Assembly: GCA_965153455.1 (NCBI GenBank)
Contig: OZ234494.1
Coordinates: forward strand, 62,001-126,000
From: Sphagnum compactum
Taxonomy: Eukaryota
DNA: 64,000 bases
Reading direction: 5' to 3'
Below, in pieces: positions 62,802 through 64,000 of the stretch. Below the pieces are notes generated by a model. The model had not been told where the DNA came from. It searched no databases and saw nothing but the letters and a program-made list of their open reading frames with translations. The position numbers and the translations under genes are program-made. Within the stretch, counting starts at the first letter, position 1. Each line of letters starts with the position of its first letter.

Positions 62802-64000
62802 GATGGTGGAATTCACGTCCACAACTGATTGACATTCCAATAAAGATCGGAGGCTCCAAAGACTTAATATTGGATCTGAATTTATTCTCTTCATGGTGTA
62901 CCCGCCTGTTAGCATCTGACACCTCCTAATTGTCTTCAGAATATTGTTGAGGTTGCCAAAGTGAGCATTGAACCAGGTCCTGGGAGGATGTAACAAATTC
63001 CAAAGGACACTTGGCGAGTTTATTGCATTTCACTGGGTGCAGTTCACTGTATGGAGCACCAATATTGGCCGCAGATTTGGGAGTAGGAGCTGCTCTAGTC
63101 CTTGCCGGTATGGCAGCCGAGGGGACCGCACACATCGAAGGAGTCAGTCATGTTGACCGGGGCTACGAGAAATCGGATCACCAGTTGCATCTTCTCGGTG
63201 CATCAATTCAGAGATTGCCTTGCCTACCATTTGACCCGACGACGTAGTACTCTCACCTTGAATGAGAACTTTGATTCGTTGCTGGCTCTTTCCCACCTTG
63301 GTGAAATGTGAATGTTTATGTGAGTCACTCCCTCGAACGTCCAATTTCAATAGAAAATGACATGTTGAAGTCAACTTCAACCTTTTTGAATCAATAGGCT
63401 CCTTCAAGGAACGCACCTCAGACAATACTGCTGCCGGTCGTGAAGCCAGCTCATCTTTTTGCTGTACGGTCTACTAATTCTTCGAGAATTCTGTGAGGCT
63501 ATCCTATCACAAGTCAAAATTGAAGTTGCATGAGCATTCGTGATCACAACACGGTTGTGACATTCTGCGTAGTTAAGAATAACATAACCAGTAACGCCCT
63601 TTACAGTGCCAGTTATTCTGGTAACACTAACCAGCTTTTTTGAACAGTCAAGTTTGGAGTGTAAATAGAACCTTAAGGTATCGATCTGTAATAAATTGAG
63701 GCGAAGTAGAAGTTTAGCAAACTAGGAGATTGCAAGATATGAGAAAACTCTCGGAATGGAGTCACTGAAGCATCTTCAATTTACTAAGAAAGCTCCAGGT
63801 ACAAAGTGGATGAAGAAGCTGATACAGTTATGTAGTTTGCATTTCCTGGTACATGAAAGCAAAGTAGAGGGTGCATGCTCTGTGGTGAAAAAAATGTGTC
63901 TGTAATTCAAGTGCAATCCACTATTTTTCAGTCCTGCTGCTGCAGCATCGTCGGTGACCATTCCCAAAAGAATCTAGCATCAATTGGCGACAACTGTACA
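62802..64000 (+). repeat. Direct duplication, copy 2 (runs off the window)
   Basis: Colinear with 58769-59967. Confidence 0.92.
63043..63247 (+). pseudogene. murA: MurA terminal exon fragment, frame open
   Basis: tgcAG|SLYGAPILAADLGVGAALVLAGMAAEGTAHIEGVSHVDRGYEKSDHQLHLLGASIQRLPCLPFDPTT*. Confidence 0.88.

Noticed and set aside
59009-63247. Bacterial contamination or recent horizontal transfer of murA
   Set aside because: The fragments start at a splice-acceptor-like site among plant exons, and nuclear MurA is known in mosses.

Overview
Eukaryotic, transposon-rich plant DNA, most consistent with a bryophyte (inferred from a spliced MurA exon, a TORNADO1-like ROCO gene and a chromovirus). In order: (1) 1-3.1 kb, an intron-containing LRR-Roc-COR (TRN1-like) gene on the minus strand that runs off the window; (2) 6.8-14.6 kb, a diverged ~2 kb direct repeat ending in a tRNA-like Pol III A/B-box; (3) 16-45.25 kb, a ~29 kb nest of related Ty3/gypsy chromoviruses inserted almost only into one another, with about 15 LTR copies of 4-5 types, 4 solo LTRs with perfect 5-bp TSDs, a chimeric element, an inversion and one near-intact gag-pol; (4) 46.8-54.7 kb, a ~740 bp local duplication in which one copy carries a decayed L1-like LINE with a 14-bp TSD; (5) 54.7-64 kb, a patchwork of host exon fragments (CHAT caspase-like domain, two MurA terminal exons, an FKBP terminal exon) beside hairpin-headed repeats, suggesting DNA-level gene capture. 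The most unusual signals are near-identical internal regions paired with different LTR types, a duplicated hairpin+PPT module, a covarying U5 hairpin and the exon-capture mosaic. All analysis was by eye; coordinates may be off by a few bases.
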